Source: an uncultured Candidatus Saccharibacteria bacterium | GTDB taxonomy: Bacteria > Patescibacteriota > Saccharimonadia > Saccharimonadales > CAZPPF01 | Direction: 5' to 3' | DNA length: 63,674 nucleotides | Assembly: GCA_964588395.1 (NCBI GenBank) | Contig: CAZPPF010000001.1 | Span: forward strand, 6,656 to 70,329 | In this document: positions 35,683-45,251 of the stretch, one piece after another | Layout of the letters: every line of letters begins with the position of its first letter | Numbering within the stretch: the stretch's first letter is position 1 | Notes under the pieces: generated by a model | Told to the model about the DNA's origin: nothing | Databases searched by the model: none | What the model saw: the letters and a program-made list of their open reading frames with translations, nothing else | Program-made: the position numbers and the translations under genes

Positions 35683-36933
35683 ATGTCACGCGTTCTATCA
35701 GAATTGTTGGAAGCAAAAGAGCCATTTTTTAGCCAGTCGATTCGTGAGCTTGAGGCGGCAAGTAGTCATCCAAATCTGGATATTCGCTTTTCGTCTGAAA
35801 TAGAACTCAGGGCGCAGCAAAAATTGCGCGAACTAGGACTAGATCCTCATAATACAAACGGCCGGGAACTGTATCAAAGCCTTCAAGATTTAGTAGCGAT
35901 TCACGATACGTTTTTAGCACGTGCTCTTGGTGTATCTGATACAACTGATGTGAATGCACTCCTGCCAAAGGTCGTACAAATCATTAAAACCCTGCCTGTT
36001 TCTCGCAGTTCGTGGGCGTTGAAACATAGCGTTACGAGGCGACTGCTAAAGACCCATGAGCCCAAGAAAACAATGAAAGAGCTGGGCTATCGCTCGATAG
36101 ATTCAATGCTCAAACGAGAGCCGGTAGTAAATGTTTTGGCCGCTGCTCGCATGTTGGAATCCACGCAATGGCAAAAACGCTTCACCAAGTCGTATGGTGA
36201 TCTAGAGCCCTCTGATTTTGAAATACGCTCAGTTGAGATTACCTTGCCAACCGGTAAGCATTGGCATGTAATCGGGGAACGGTATGCGCGAGCGAGCCAT
36301 CACAATGTTATGCAACTACGTGAACTTGGCGCGTTAATAATCCTACCGCTTCCGGGAGTACACCTTCGGGGCGCTGCTATTACCATTTTATCTGTGTTAC
36401 TTCACAATCTTAATGAACTGAGGTTGTATAGTACATTCTTCAAAATGCAGCAGGTTAAGCCTCATTTTGGCAGTATCATTGCCGAAGTTTTATTGCACGA
36501 CACCCCAAACTATGCAGAATTAGCTGGCCAGCAACTACATTGGCGTGTTTTACATCGCTATTTGGGACGTGCTTCCGGTCAAAGTTTGGCAACCATATTT
36601 GAACCACATGTACAGCTAGAAGATCTAGAATGGCGACAAGCCGAACAAGTGCTATACCGAATTGAACCGGCATTAAAGTTTTGGGAAGGACTAGACTGTG
36701 TGGGAGTACTGCGAGACGGTAAGCCCGTTTCGTTCAACCTGCTTGATAATGCTTTAAACTTTTGCAATCAGCTTGATTATGGTCAGCAGAGGGCCAGGCA
36801 CATGCAAGCAAATTTATGGGATGAGTTATATATTCGCTATCTCGAAGAAGAAACAGTAAGTCAGCAACTAGCTGAGCATTTCGAAGAAAGTTCAAGCCAA
36901 GGCCTAACTCTGGCAATAGGGGTTATATCGTGA
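35683..36933 (+). CDS. Hypothetical protein (~416 aa), no recognised motif
   Basis: Long intact ORF. ATG 35683 is preceded by AAGGAA, and the ORF-track start at 35656 is also possible. It ends in a GTGA overlap with the downstream LOG-like gene. Confidence 0.55.
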   Translation: MSRVLSELLEAKEPFFSQSIRELEAASSHPNLDIRFSSEIELRAQQKLRELGLDPHNTNGRELYQSLQDLVAIHDTFLARALGVSDTTDVNALLPKVVQIIKTLPVSRSSWALKHSVTRRLLKTHEPKKTMKELGYRSIDSMLKREPVVNVLAAARMLESTQWQKRFTKSYGDLEPSDFEIRSVEITLPTGKHWHVIGERYARASHHNVMQLRELGALIILPLPGVHLRGAAITILSVLLHNLNELRLYSTFFKMQQVKPHFGSIIAEVLLHDTPNYAELAGQQLHWRVLHRYLGRASGQSLATIFEPHVQLEDLEWRQAEQVLYRIEPALKFWEGLDCVGVLRDGKPVSFNLLDNALNFCNQLDYGQQRARHMQANLWDELYIRYLEEETVSQQLAEHFEESSSQGLTLAIGVIS

Positions 36934-37547
36934 ATTATTCAATTTGTGTCTCTGGGGCAGCTGGCGGAAAAACCGTTGAGACGTCTAAGGCGTTAGCTGA
37001 GCAAATTGGTGTGGCGATTGCTAAGAGTGGACACACCATTACAACTGGGGCCACTGTAGGCTTGCCTTATTATGCTGCCAAGGCCGCTAAGCAAGCTGAT
37101 GGTATGAGTGTCGGTTTTTCGCCGGCTGACTCATTACGTGAACACCTGTACAAGTATCGTCTGCCAATTGGCCCTTATGATTTTATTAACTTTACCGGTA
37201 TGAATTATGTTGGTCGTGATGTTTACCTTATCCAGTCAAGTGACGCAGTGATTACGGTGGGCGGTCGTATAGGTAGTCTGCACGAGTTTACAACGTCATT
37301 TGAAATGGGTAAGCCGTGTGGCATTTTGATCGGAAGCGGTGGCACTGCCGATATTATTCCAGAACTTCTGGATCAGATCAAAGAGCGACCCAAGGGAGAG
37401 ATCTTTATGGATAATGATCCCGAAAGACTTGTGAAGAAAATGGTTGCTTTTTTGGACAAGGAATTTGGAGATATCAACACCAAAGACATTTCCAACAGCT
37501 GGTTCCTTGACGACAAAATGACCACCTCAAACATATCTAAACACTAA
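36930..37547 (+). CDS. LOG / TIGR00725-family Rossmann protein (nucleotide N-glycosidase-like)
   Basis: ICVSGAAGG.. at the N-terminus and VGGRIGSLHEFTT, which matches the LOG motif PGGxGTxxE. Confidence 0.6.
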   Translation: MNYSICVSGAAGGKTVETSKALAEQIGVAIAKSGHTITTGATVGLPYYAAKAAKQADGMSVGFSPADSLREHLYKYRLPIGPYDFINFTGMNYVGRDVYLIQSSDAVITVGGRIGSLHEFTTSFEMGKPCGILIGSGGTADIIPELLDQIKERPKGEIFMDNDPERLVKKMVAFLDKEFGDINTKDISNSWFLDDKMTTSNISKH

Positions 37548-37583
37548 TTTAGATATACAGTTTCTGTTTAACGTGTGAGGTCT

Positions 37584-37592
37584 TGTTACAAT
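37584..37592 (+). promoter_or_regulatory. Extended -10 TGtTACAAT placed for a leaderless uvrB mRNA
   Basis: TACAAT ends at 37592 and the ATG begins at 37599, a 7-nt offset. Confidence 0.5.
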
Positions 37593-37598
37593 ATAAGG

Positions 37599-39563
37599 AT
37601 GGCTAGGTTTAAATTGAAGGCGGAGTATAAACCACTCGGTGATCAACCGGCGGCTATTGCTCAGTTGATTAGTGGTCTCGAAAAGGGAACTAAAGAACAG
37701 ACACTGTTAGGTGTAACTGGGTCGGGTAAGACGTTTACTATGGCGAATGTTATTCAAAATGTCCAAAAACCTACGCTCGTACTAAGCCACAACAAGACGC
37801 TTGCCGCACAACTGTATAGCGAGTTTAAGAGCTTTTTCCCTGACAATGCAGTGCACTACTTTGTTAGCTACTTTGACTACTATCAGCCGGAAGCCTATAT
37901 CCCGCGATCAGATACTTATATAGAAAAAGATTCACAGATTAATGAAGAGATAGACCGTCTTAGACACGCTGCGACTGATGCACTACTGAGCCGAAGAGAC
38001 GTAATTATTGTGGCCAGTGTGAGCTGTATTTATGGTATTGGATCAGTCGAAGACTATGATGGTTTAGCAATATCTGTCAAAAAGGGTGAGCGCCGGGTAC
38101 GCGATAAGTTCCTCAGGCAACTCACGGATATTCAGTATCAGCGAAATGATATAGATTTCCATCGTAGTACGTTTAGGGTACGAGGTGATGTGGTAGATGT
38201 TTTTCCAGCTGGCGAAGAGCTGGCATACCGCATGGAGTTTTTTGGCGATGAGATTGATAGAATTACCAAAGTCGACCCACTAACGGGGGAAATATTAACC
38301 CACCTCGATTCATTCAAGATCTTTCCTAGCTCACATTACGTAACACCACAAGAAAAACTAAAGGTAGCTCTCGGGCAAATCGAGAAAGAACTGGAAGAGC
38401 GCCTCGCTCTTTTCAAAAAGAATGGTCAACTTTTGGAAGCTCAACGCTTGGAGCAACGCACACGCTTTGATCTGGAAATGCTCGAGGAAACTGGCTTTGT
38501 GAAGGGTATTGAAAACTATAGCCGCTATCTAACCAACCGTGAACCAGGTGAGCAACCAGCTACCCTCATGGACTATTTTCCCGATGATTTTGTAATGTTT
38601 GTTGATGAGTCGCACATGACAATGCCACAAGTGCGTGGTATGTACAATGGCGATCGAGCCCGTAAGGAGGTATTGGTAGAACACGGGTTTCGCTTACCAA
38701 GTGCACTAGATAACCGTCCCCTCACATTTACTGAGTTTGAAAAACACGTGAATAAAGCTATTTATGTCAGTGCCACACCTGCCGACTACGAACTAAGTCG
38801 AAGCCCTGAGCCAGCGCAACAAGTTATTCGTCCAACTGGGCTGCTCGATCCAAAGATTGAAGTTCGTCCCATTGATGGCCAGATCGATGATCTCATTGCT
38901 GAAATAAAAGATACCGTTGCCAAAAATCAACGGGTGCTTGTAACAACGCTCACCAAACGCATGTCCGAAGACCTCACCGAATACTTGCAAGAGCTCAACA
39001 TGAAGGTCGCGTATTTGCATAGCGATGTTGAAACGCTGGAACGGACAGACATTTTACGTGATCTACGGCTAGGGACATATGATGTCTTGGTAGGGATAAA
39101 TCTGCTTAGAGAAGGGCTAGATCTACCGGAGGTGAGTCTAGTCGCAATTCTTGACGCCGATAAAGAAGGCTTCTTACGCAGCGAACAAGCTCTAATACAG
39201 ACAGTAGGGCGTGCAGCTCGCCATCAGGAAGGCCATGTTGTAATGTATGCCGACCGAGTTACAGGTAGTATGCAGCGAGCCATTGATGAGACCAATCGCC
39301 GCCGAGGCATTCAAGAAGCGTACAACACAAAACATGGCATCACCGCAACCAGTATTGCAAAAACAATTGAAAAAGGTATGCGACCTGATTTGCCTGAAGA
39401 AGCCAAGCGTGCCAAATTGGATCTAAAGAAAATTCCAAAAGATGAGTACGGGCATCTCATTAAAGACCTGAGTGCCCAAATGGAGCTTGCGGCTGCCAAT
39501 CTACAATTCGAAACAGCCGCCGAGCTACGCGACATCATAGCTGATATCAAGACGAAAATTTAA
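37599..39563 (+). CDS. uvrB: Excinuclease ABC subunit B
   Basis: [17 protein letters not shown], Walker A GVTGSGKT, helicase motifs and a C-terminal UVR domain. Confidence 0.95.
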   Translation: MARFKLKAEYKPLGDQPAAIAQLISGLEKGTKEQTLLGVTGSGKTFTMANVIQNVQKPTLVLSHNKTLAAQLYSEFKSFFPDNAVHYFVSYFDYYQPEAYIPRSDTYIEKDSQINEEIDRLRHAATDALLSRRDVIIVASVSCIYGIGSVEDYDGLAISVKKGERRVRDKFLRQLTDIQYQRNDIDFHRSTFRVRGDVVDVFPAGEELAYRMEFFGDEIDRITKVDPLTGEILTHLDSFKIFPSSHYVTPQEKLKVALGQIEKELEERLALFKKNGQLLEAQRLEQRTRFDLEMLEETGFVKGIENYSRYLTNREPGEQPATLMDYFPDDFVMFVDESHMTMPQVRGMYNGDRARKEVLVEHGFRLPSALDNRPLTFTEFEKHVNKAIYVSATPADYELSRSPEPAQQVIRPTGLLDPKIEVRPIDGQIDDLIAEIKDTVAKNQRVLVTTLTKRMSEDLTEYLQELNMKVAYLHSDVETLERTDILRDLRLGTYDVLVGINLLREGLDLPEVSLVAILDADKEGFLRSEQALIQTVGRAARHQEGHVVMYADRVTGSMQRAIDETNRRRGIQEAYNTKHGITATSIAKTIEKGMRPDLPEEAKRAKLDLKKIPKDEYGHLIKDLSAQMELAAANLQFETAAELRDIIADIKTKI

Positions 39564-39614
39564 ATATTTCTTCCTAGCCTTGAGCTCATCGCCGATGTTA
39601 TACTGAAGGAACAT

Positions 39615-39908
39615 ATGGCAAAACTGAGTCGCGAGGATGTATTAAAATTGGCAAAATTAGCCAAACTCTCTTTATCAGATGAGGAAGTAGACAGTTTTAC
39701 CCGGGAAATTAGCGAAATTTTGAATTATGTTGAGCAACTCCAATCTGTCGATATTGATCAGCTAGAACCGACCTATCAGGTAACAGGTCTTACTAACGTA
39801 ACGCGACCTGATGTTGTGAAGGACTATGGGATAACTGCCGAAGATTTACTAAAAAATCTTCCTGCCCGCGCGGACAATCAAATTAAAGTAAAGCGGGTGC
39901 TGCAATGA
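39615..39908 (+). CDS. gatC: Asp/Glu-tRNA amidotransferase subunit C
   Basis: 97 aa, with LAKLAKLSLSDEE..NYVEQL. Confidence 0.9.
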   Translation: MAKLSREDVLKLAKLAKLSLSDEEVDSFTREISEILNYVEQLQSVDIDQLEPTYQVTGLTNVTRPDVVKDYGITAEDLLKNLPARADNQIKVKRVLQ

Positions 39909-41329
39909 GCAGCTGGCCAGCAATAGCTGCTATTGCAAGCGATGTGCAATCAGGCAAAACCAAAGCAGCCGATCTGGTGGGCCGTGCCCTAAAAGCCATT
40001 GATGATAAGGCAGAATATAAAGCCATTATTGCTATGACAGCTGAGCGGGCAAAGCAGCGGGCCTCAGAAATAGATTCCAGGGTTGCTCAAGGTCAAAGCG
40101 CTGGTCGGTTAGCGGGTGTACCATTTATTGCCAAAGATAATTTTTTGGCTTTTGGCGCAGAAACTACTGCCGCCAGCAATATTCTCAAAGGCTTTGATGC
40201 ACCATACCAAGCCACAGCCATTGAGCGGCTTGAAGCTGAAGGAGCGATCTGTGTGGCCAAGGCAAACCTTGATGCATTTGCGCATGGTTCAAGTACCGAA
40301 AATAGTGATTTCTTTACCACACACAATCCAGTTGATATGGAACGGGTACCGGGTGGTTCGTCAGGTGGATCAGCCACTGCAGTCATGCTCGATATGGCTC
40401 CATTTGCGCTAGGGACAGACACAGGCGGATCAATACGTTTACCCGCAGCCTTTACCGGTGCAGTTGGTTATAAACCCACGTATGGGCTCGTGTCGCGGAG
40501 CGGGGTGATTGCCATGGCCAGTAGTACTGATGTGATCGGTCCAATCACTAAGACTGTTGAAGATACGGCTCTAGTACTTGATGTTATGGCTGGTAAAGAC
40601 GATCTAGACAGTACCACAATTGAGCGCGATAAAAATGCTTACACCGAACTTACGTCCCAACTAAAGGGTAAAAAAATTGGCCTGATTCGAGAGTACATGG
40701 ATGAGGGTCTGCAGGCAGGCGTAAAACATCAAATTGAAGCAGTGATTGAAAAACTACAGAAGGCTGGAGTTGAGATTGTGGAAGTCAGCTTGCCATCTTT
40801 GCCATTGGCATTGGCGGTATATTACATAGTTTGCCCAGCTGAAGTAAGTAGTAATTTGAGCCGCTACGACGGGCAGCGTTATGGCTATAGTTATGGTCAA
40901 GCCAAAGATCTAGAAGAAAGTTATGAGCAATCGCGTTCGCGAGGCTTTGGCAGCGAGGCCAAGCGACGAATTATGATCGGCACGTACGTACTTTCTAGTG
41001 GATATTATGATGCTTACTATAAAAGGGCGCAGATTGTACGCACTAAACTAGCCAATGAATTCAAGCAGGCCTTTACAGAAGTCGATTTCTTACTTGGACC
41101 AACCGCACCTACTGTAGCTTTCAAAATTGGTGAGCATGCTCATGATCCTTTGCAGATGTACTTGACTGATATTATGACAGTAGCCGTTAATTTAGTGGGA
41201 GCTCCTGCCATTAGTATTCCAGCTGGTTTAAGCCATGGTTTACCAGTGGGGTTGCAGCTAATTGCCCCCCCTCGCGAAGATCGTTCATTACTTGCGGTAG
41301 CAAAACAAACGGAGGAAATACTGGCATGA
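39905..41329 (+). CDS. gatA: Asp/Glu-tRNA amidotransferase subunit A
   Basis: Amidase signature GGSSGGSA..GTDTGGSIR. Confidence 0.95.
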   Translation: MSSWPAIAAIASDVQSGKTKAADLVGRALKAIDDKAEYKAIIAMTAERAKQRASEIDSRVAQGQSAGRLAGVPFIAKDNFLAFGAETTAASNILKGFDAPYQATAIERLEAEGAICVAKANLDAFAHGSSTENSDFFTTHNPVDMERVPGGSSGGSATAVMLDMAPFALGTDTGGSIRLPAAFTGAVGYKPTYGLVSRSGVIAMASSTDVIGPITKTVEDTALVLDVMAGKDDLDSTTIERDKNAYTELTSQLKGKKIGLIREYMDEGLQAGVKHQIEAVIEKLQKAGVEIVEVSLPSLPLALAVYYIVCPAEVSSNLSRYDGQRYGYSYGQAKDLEESYEQSRSRGFGSEAKRRIMIGTYVLSSGYYDAYYKRAQIVRTKLANEFKQAFTEVDFLLGPTAPTVAFKIGEHAHDPLQMYLTDIMTVAVNLVGAPAISIPAGLSHGLPVGLQLIAPPREDRSLLAVAKQTEEILA

Positions 41330-41748
41330 ATACAAAACAGGCAATTTATATCGGTGTGGCAGTATTTGTTGTTCTAATAGTCTTGATTTTAGTCATGCGA
41401 GCACGACGACGTAAGATCAAGCCAGCCAAATTTAAAGAGCAGTGGCAAGATCTCCAAAAATTTTTGGCTAGCAAAGAAACCTGGCCACTAGCCATTATTA
41501 CAGCCGACAAATTACTCGATGAAGCACTCAAGAAAAAACACGTGAAGGGCAAAAGTATGGGCGAACGAATGGTTTCGGCCCAAAAATTGTTTACCGACAA
41601 TGATGGCGTGTGGTATGCCCACAACTTGGCAAAAAAACTACTGGATGAGACCGCTATACGTCTGAAGCAAACCGATGTTAAGAGATCGTTAATGGGTACG
41701 AGACAAGCCCTACGCGACCTTGGAGCCCTTCGTGACCAAGAACAATGA
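41326..41748 (+). CDS. Hypothetical N-terminally anchored protein wedged between gatA and gatB
   Basis: ATGA overlap with gatA. One TM helix (IYIGVAVFVVLIVLILV), then a basic helical domain. It overlaps the gatB start. Confidence 0.5.
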   Translation: MNTKQAIYIGVAVFVVLIVLILVMRARRRKIKPAKFKEQWQDLQKFLASKETWPLAIITADKLLDEALKKKHVKGKSMGERMVSAQKLFTDNDGVWYAHNLAKKLLDETAIRLKQTDVKRSLMGTRQALRDLGALRDQEQ

Positions 41749-43198
41749 TTACTTGCCAACAATCGGCATTGAATGCCATGTTCAGCTTAGCACTCATACC
41801 AAGCTCTTTGCAGCTGTAGGTAATGATGCCCGTGAGGCTAAACCCAACACGCTGATTTCTCACATTTGTTTAGGTATGCCGGGTGCCTTGCCAGTTCTAA
41901 ATGAAAAAGCAGTGGAGTATGCCTCTCGCATGGCTTTTGCTTTTAACACTCGGCCTCAGCACTACAGCATATTTGAAAGAAAACACTATTTTTACCCTGA
42001 CTTACCTAAGGGCTATCAAATTACCCAGTTGAGTCAGCCAATAGTTGTTGGTGGTACGGTTGAGATTGAAGTAGGTGGTGAAAAGCGCTCGGTGCGTCTT
42101 GATCGAGTTCAAATGGAAGAAGATGCTGGTAAAAATACTCACCCCACTGGCAAAGAATATAGTCTCGTTGACCTCAATCGTGCTGGCACGCCACTACTGG
42201 AGATTGTGTCTGAGCCAGATATGCATACTGCCGAAGAAGCAAAAGCTTATGTACGAGAGCTCTATCTGCTGGCTAAATTTGCCGGTATATCTGATGCCGA
42301 TCTTTATCATGGCAATATGCGTTTTGATGTAAATGTATCGGTGAGTAAGGACCCAGCAAAATTAGGAACACGAAGTGAAACCAAAAATCTGAACTCATTT
42401 AAGAGTGTAGAAAAAGCAGTGGAGTATGAGGTTAAACGACAAACCGAATTGTTAGAAAAAGGTCAGGCTATAGTCCAAGAAACTCGTGGATGGGATGACG
42501 CTAAACAAAAAACAATTAGTCAAAGAGGTAAGGAAGAAGCACACGACTACCGTTACATGCCTGAGCCAGATGTTCCACCCATAGTTTTAAGCAAAGAATA
42601 TATTGATCGGATTCAAGCTGAAATGCCGGTATTGCCACCAGAATGGCGCCAGCGACTCGCTTCGCTTGGCCTGGATGCATCCTACATAGATACATTGCTG
42701 GAGGCCGAAGTCGATGATGAGCAAACGAGCTATCTTGGTTTGATAGAACAAAATCTTCACGATAAAGACTTCGGAAAGTCACTGTCGAACTGGTTTGTAA
42801 ATATTGAAATACCTCTTAGGCGTGATGCAAAAGTAAGCCACGAGCTAAAAGATGCCTCTCGGATTCAGATGTATGAGGCACTATACCAACTTATTAAAGT
42901 TGGGAGTCTAAGTGCCACTAATGCCAAAGCACTTCTAATAAATTTGCTTGAAGCCGGGGTGGTGCCCGAAAACTTGGAGAAATACGCTGAAGAACAGGGA
43001 CTGATTCAAGTTTCGAACGAAGAAGAAATCATCAAAATCGTTAAGCAAGTAATTAAAGAAAACCCACAAGCTGCCGAAGACGTAAAAAATGGTGAAATAA
43101 AAGCTATTGGCTTTTTGGTTGGCCAGGTGATGCGCAATTCAGAAGGCAAAGCCAACCCGGCCTTAGCGCAAGAACTAATCAAGAAACATTTAGCATAA
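41720..43198 (+). CDS. gatB: Asp/Glu-tRNA amidotransferase subunit B
   Basis: PTIGIECHVQL, YFYPDLPKGYQITQ and a C-terminal GatB/YqeY domain. The start is uncertain (TTG 41720 or GTG 41732). Confidence 0.95.
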   Translation: MEPFVTKNNDYLPTIGIECHVQLSTHTKLFAAVGNDAREAKPNTLISHICLGMPGALPVLNEKAVEYASRMAFAFNTRPQHYSIFERKHYFYPDLPKGYQITQLSQPIVVGGTVEIEVGGEKRSVRLDRVQMEEDAGKNTHPTGKEYSLVDLNRAGTPLLEIVSEPDMHTAEEAKAYVRELYLLAKFAGISDADLYHGNMRFDVNVSVSKDPAKLGTRSETKNLNSFKSVEKAVEYEVKRQTELLEKGQAIVQETRGWDDAKQKTISQRGKEEAHDYRYMPEPDVPPIVLSKEYIDRIQAEMPVLPPEWRQRLASLGLDASYIDTLLEAEVDDEQTSYLGLIEQNLHDKDFGKSLSNWFVNIEIPLRRDAKVSHELKDASRIQMYEALYQLIKVGSLSATNAKALLINLLEAGVVPENLEKYAEEQGLIQVSNEEEIIKIVKQVIKENPQAAEDVKNGEIKAIGFLVGQVMRNSEGKANPALAQELIKKHLA

Positions 43199-43217
43199 GC
43201 GGTGCTACAATAACACC

Positions 43218-44099
43218 ATGAACCCAAAACCGGTTAGAAAAGCCATTATTGCCGCAGCCGGTTATGGTACTCGCTTTTTGCCCCAAACCAAGGCTATGCC
43301 CAAAGAGATGCTGCCGATCATTGATAAGCCGGTAATTCAGCTTGTGGTTGAAGAAGTTGTCGGGGCAGGTGTAACTGATGTAATTATTGTCACTGGGCCT
43401 ACCAAAAGAGCTATCGAAGATCATTTTGACCGCGCACTTGAACTCGAGGAAGAACTGCGCGAAAAAGGCAAACATGCCGTAGCCGATACGCTGCAGCAAA
43501 TTGCAGAGCAGGCTAATTTTATTTACCTTCGGCAAAAAGGGCTACCCAAAGGCAATGCTCGGCCAGTACTTAACGCTGCTCACCTTATTGGTGATGAACC
43601 ATTTTTTGTTTTTTTTGGGGATGACTTCTTTACCGGCGAAATTCCACGTGCCCAGCAACTCCTGGACACCTATAATCAAACCGGTAGTTCAGTCATATCG
43701 CTGATAGAAATAGACAAAAAAGATGCTGATAAATACGGCGTTGTGGGAGTAAAAGAAAAGTTAGATGACAAAGTAGTAAAAATTTCTCAAATTGTAGAAA
43801 AACCGGGTGCCGAAGCGGCTCCGAGTAGTTTCGCTTCGATAGGTGGTTATCTTTTGACTCCTGACATTTTGCCGCTAATTGCCCAAGAACAAATCGGTTC
43901 CAATGGTGAGTTGAACCTGTCAGAAACAATCGGTCGTTTGGCTGAGCAAACAGATGTCTATGGCCGCTTTATTGAGGGAGAATACCATGATACCGGTAAC
44001 CCTGAACTGTACTTACAAGCCGTTATAGACGTGGCGCTTAAAGATGAAAAGCTTGGCCCAGAACTCAAAGAATATCTCAAAAGCAAGCTTGAGCAATAG
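43218..44099 (+). CDS. galU: UTP--glucose-1-phosphate uridylyltransferase
   Basis: AIIAAAGYGTRFLPQTKAMPKEMLPIIDKPVIQ. Confidence 0.9.
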   Translation: MNPKPVRKAIIAAAGYGTRFLPQTKAMPKEMLPIIDKPVIQLVVEEVVGAGVTDVIIVTGPTKRAIEDHFDRALELEEELREKGKHAVADTLQQIAEQANFIYLRQKGLPKGNARPVLNAAHLIGDEPFFVFFGDDFFTGEIPRAQQLLDTYNQTGSSVISLIEIDKKDADKYGVVGVKEKLDDKVVKISQIVEKPGAEAAPSSFASIGGYLLTPDILPLIAQEQIGSNGELNLSETIGRLAEQTDVYGRFIEGEYHDTGNPELYLQAVIDVALKDEKLGPELKEYLKSKLEQ

Positions 44100-44120
44100 A
44101 AGAATCTTATATATTTCTTC

Positions 44121-44170
44121 GAGGCGTCTCCGCAGCGCAAGCGAGGACCTAGCCGAGGAGGAATATATAA
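44121..44170 (+). repeat. 50-bp GC-rich hairpin-containing element, copy A
   Basis: 46 of 50 positions are identical to the reverse complement of 50436-50485. It contains the hairpin GTCTCCGC-AGCGCAA-GCGAGGAC and ends in TATATAA. Confidence 0.8.
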
Positions 44171-44232
44171 TGTTCTCTCCTCATGAGTCTCTTGCGGTTT
44201 TGTAGTATACTGAGGATGTAAGGGGAGTGTGT

Positions 44233-44511
44233 ATGACAACTAGCTATGACGTACTTGTCGTTATTTTATCAATAACTTTAGCGATCTTTTTAATACTTGG
44301 AATAGTAGTACTCACATATGTACTCAAGATTGTTAAAAGCGTAAAGCGAGTTGTAGAAAAGGCTGAGCAGGTTGCTGATAACGTTGAAGCAATGTCGGCA
44401 GTTCTTGAACGTACGGCCACCGGTCCGGGATCAGTTCTCAAAACGGTTGCAGGGATTATTAACAATGCTATGCGACATAAATCGCACAAGGAGGAGGACA
44501 GCGATGGATAA
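44233..44511 (+). CDS. Small membrane protein, DUF948-like
   Basis: N-terminal TM helix followed by a helical KSVKRVVEKAEQVADNVEA segment. AAGGGGAG lies upstream. Confidence 0.5.
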   Translation: MTTSYDVLVVILSITLAIFLILGIVVLTYVLKIVKSVKRVVEKAEQVADNVEAMSAVLERTATGPGSVLKTVAGIINNAMRHKSHKEEDSDG

Positions 44512-44929
44512 GGGTGCAAAACGCTTTGCAATTGGCGCGGCTGTAGCTGCAGGCATAGGCTATGTAGCTGGTGTACTAACAGCTCCTAAAAGTGGAAAAG
44601 ATACGCGAAAGGATATCCAAAATGCTGTTTCTAAAGCCAGAGCTGAGGCCGAAAAACAGCTTAAAAACCTCAACAGTGAGCTTACTGATTTGCTCGCACA
44701 AGCCAAAACTCAAGGAGCTAAACTAACAGGCGCAGCCAAAACTCAGCTTGCCAGTGCTGTAACAACTGCTCAGAAAGCTAAAGATAAGGTACGTAATTTG
44801 TTATCTGCAGTTCATGAAGGTGATGCCGAAGATGACGATTTACAAAAGGCTATAAAAGAAGCAACTAGTGCGGTAGAACATCTTAAGACATACCTCAAAA
44901 AAGATGAGCCCGACCAAAAAGAAAGCTAA
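44504..44929 (+). CDS. YtxH-domain protein
   Basis: FAIGAAVAAGIGYVAGVLTAPKSGKDTRKDI is the YtxH signature, followed by coiled-coil. It overlaps the upstream gene (ATGGATAA). Confidence 0.7.
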   Translation: MDKGAKRFAIGAAVAAGIGYVAGVLTAPKSGKDTRKDIQNAVSKARAEAEKQLKNLNSELTDLLAQAKTQGAKLTGAAKTQLASAVTTAQKAKDKVRNLLSAVHEGDAEDDDLQKAIKEATSAVEHLKTYLKKDEPDQKES

Positions 44930-45176
44930 CAAGCAAAAGGACTACGAGCAAATTGGTCGTATGGTCGCTAATATCTATGAGTCTGGTTACCTTGACAAGG
45001 CCCAGACGTATAAGATGAGCTTTATCAAGGGTTTACTCGGCGGACTCGGAGGTGTGATTGGCGCCACAATTATCGTTGCGCTACTACTCTGGGCCATGTC
45101 GCTCTTTAAGGAAGTGCCCCTGATTGGGCCAGTAGTTGATAACGTACGACACACTATACAAACCAAAGACCATTAA
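44904..45176 (+). CDS. Small hypothetical membrane protein
   Basis: 90 aa with one Gly-rich TM helix (GLLGGLGGVIGATIIVALLLWAM). Confidence 0.45.
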   Translation: MSPTKKKANKQKDYEQIGRMVANIYESGYLDKAQTYKMSFIKGLLGGLGGVIGATIIVALLLWAMSLFKEVPLIGPVVDNVRHTIQTKDH

Positions 45177-45251
45177 TTGTTGTAATAATCGTACAAAACT
45201 ATAACGTAGAACCGATTTTTACTACAATAGATAGACAACGAGGGCCAGCCC

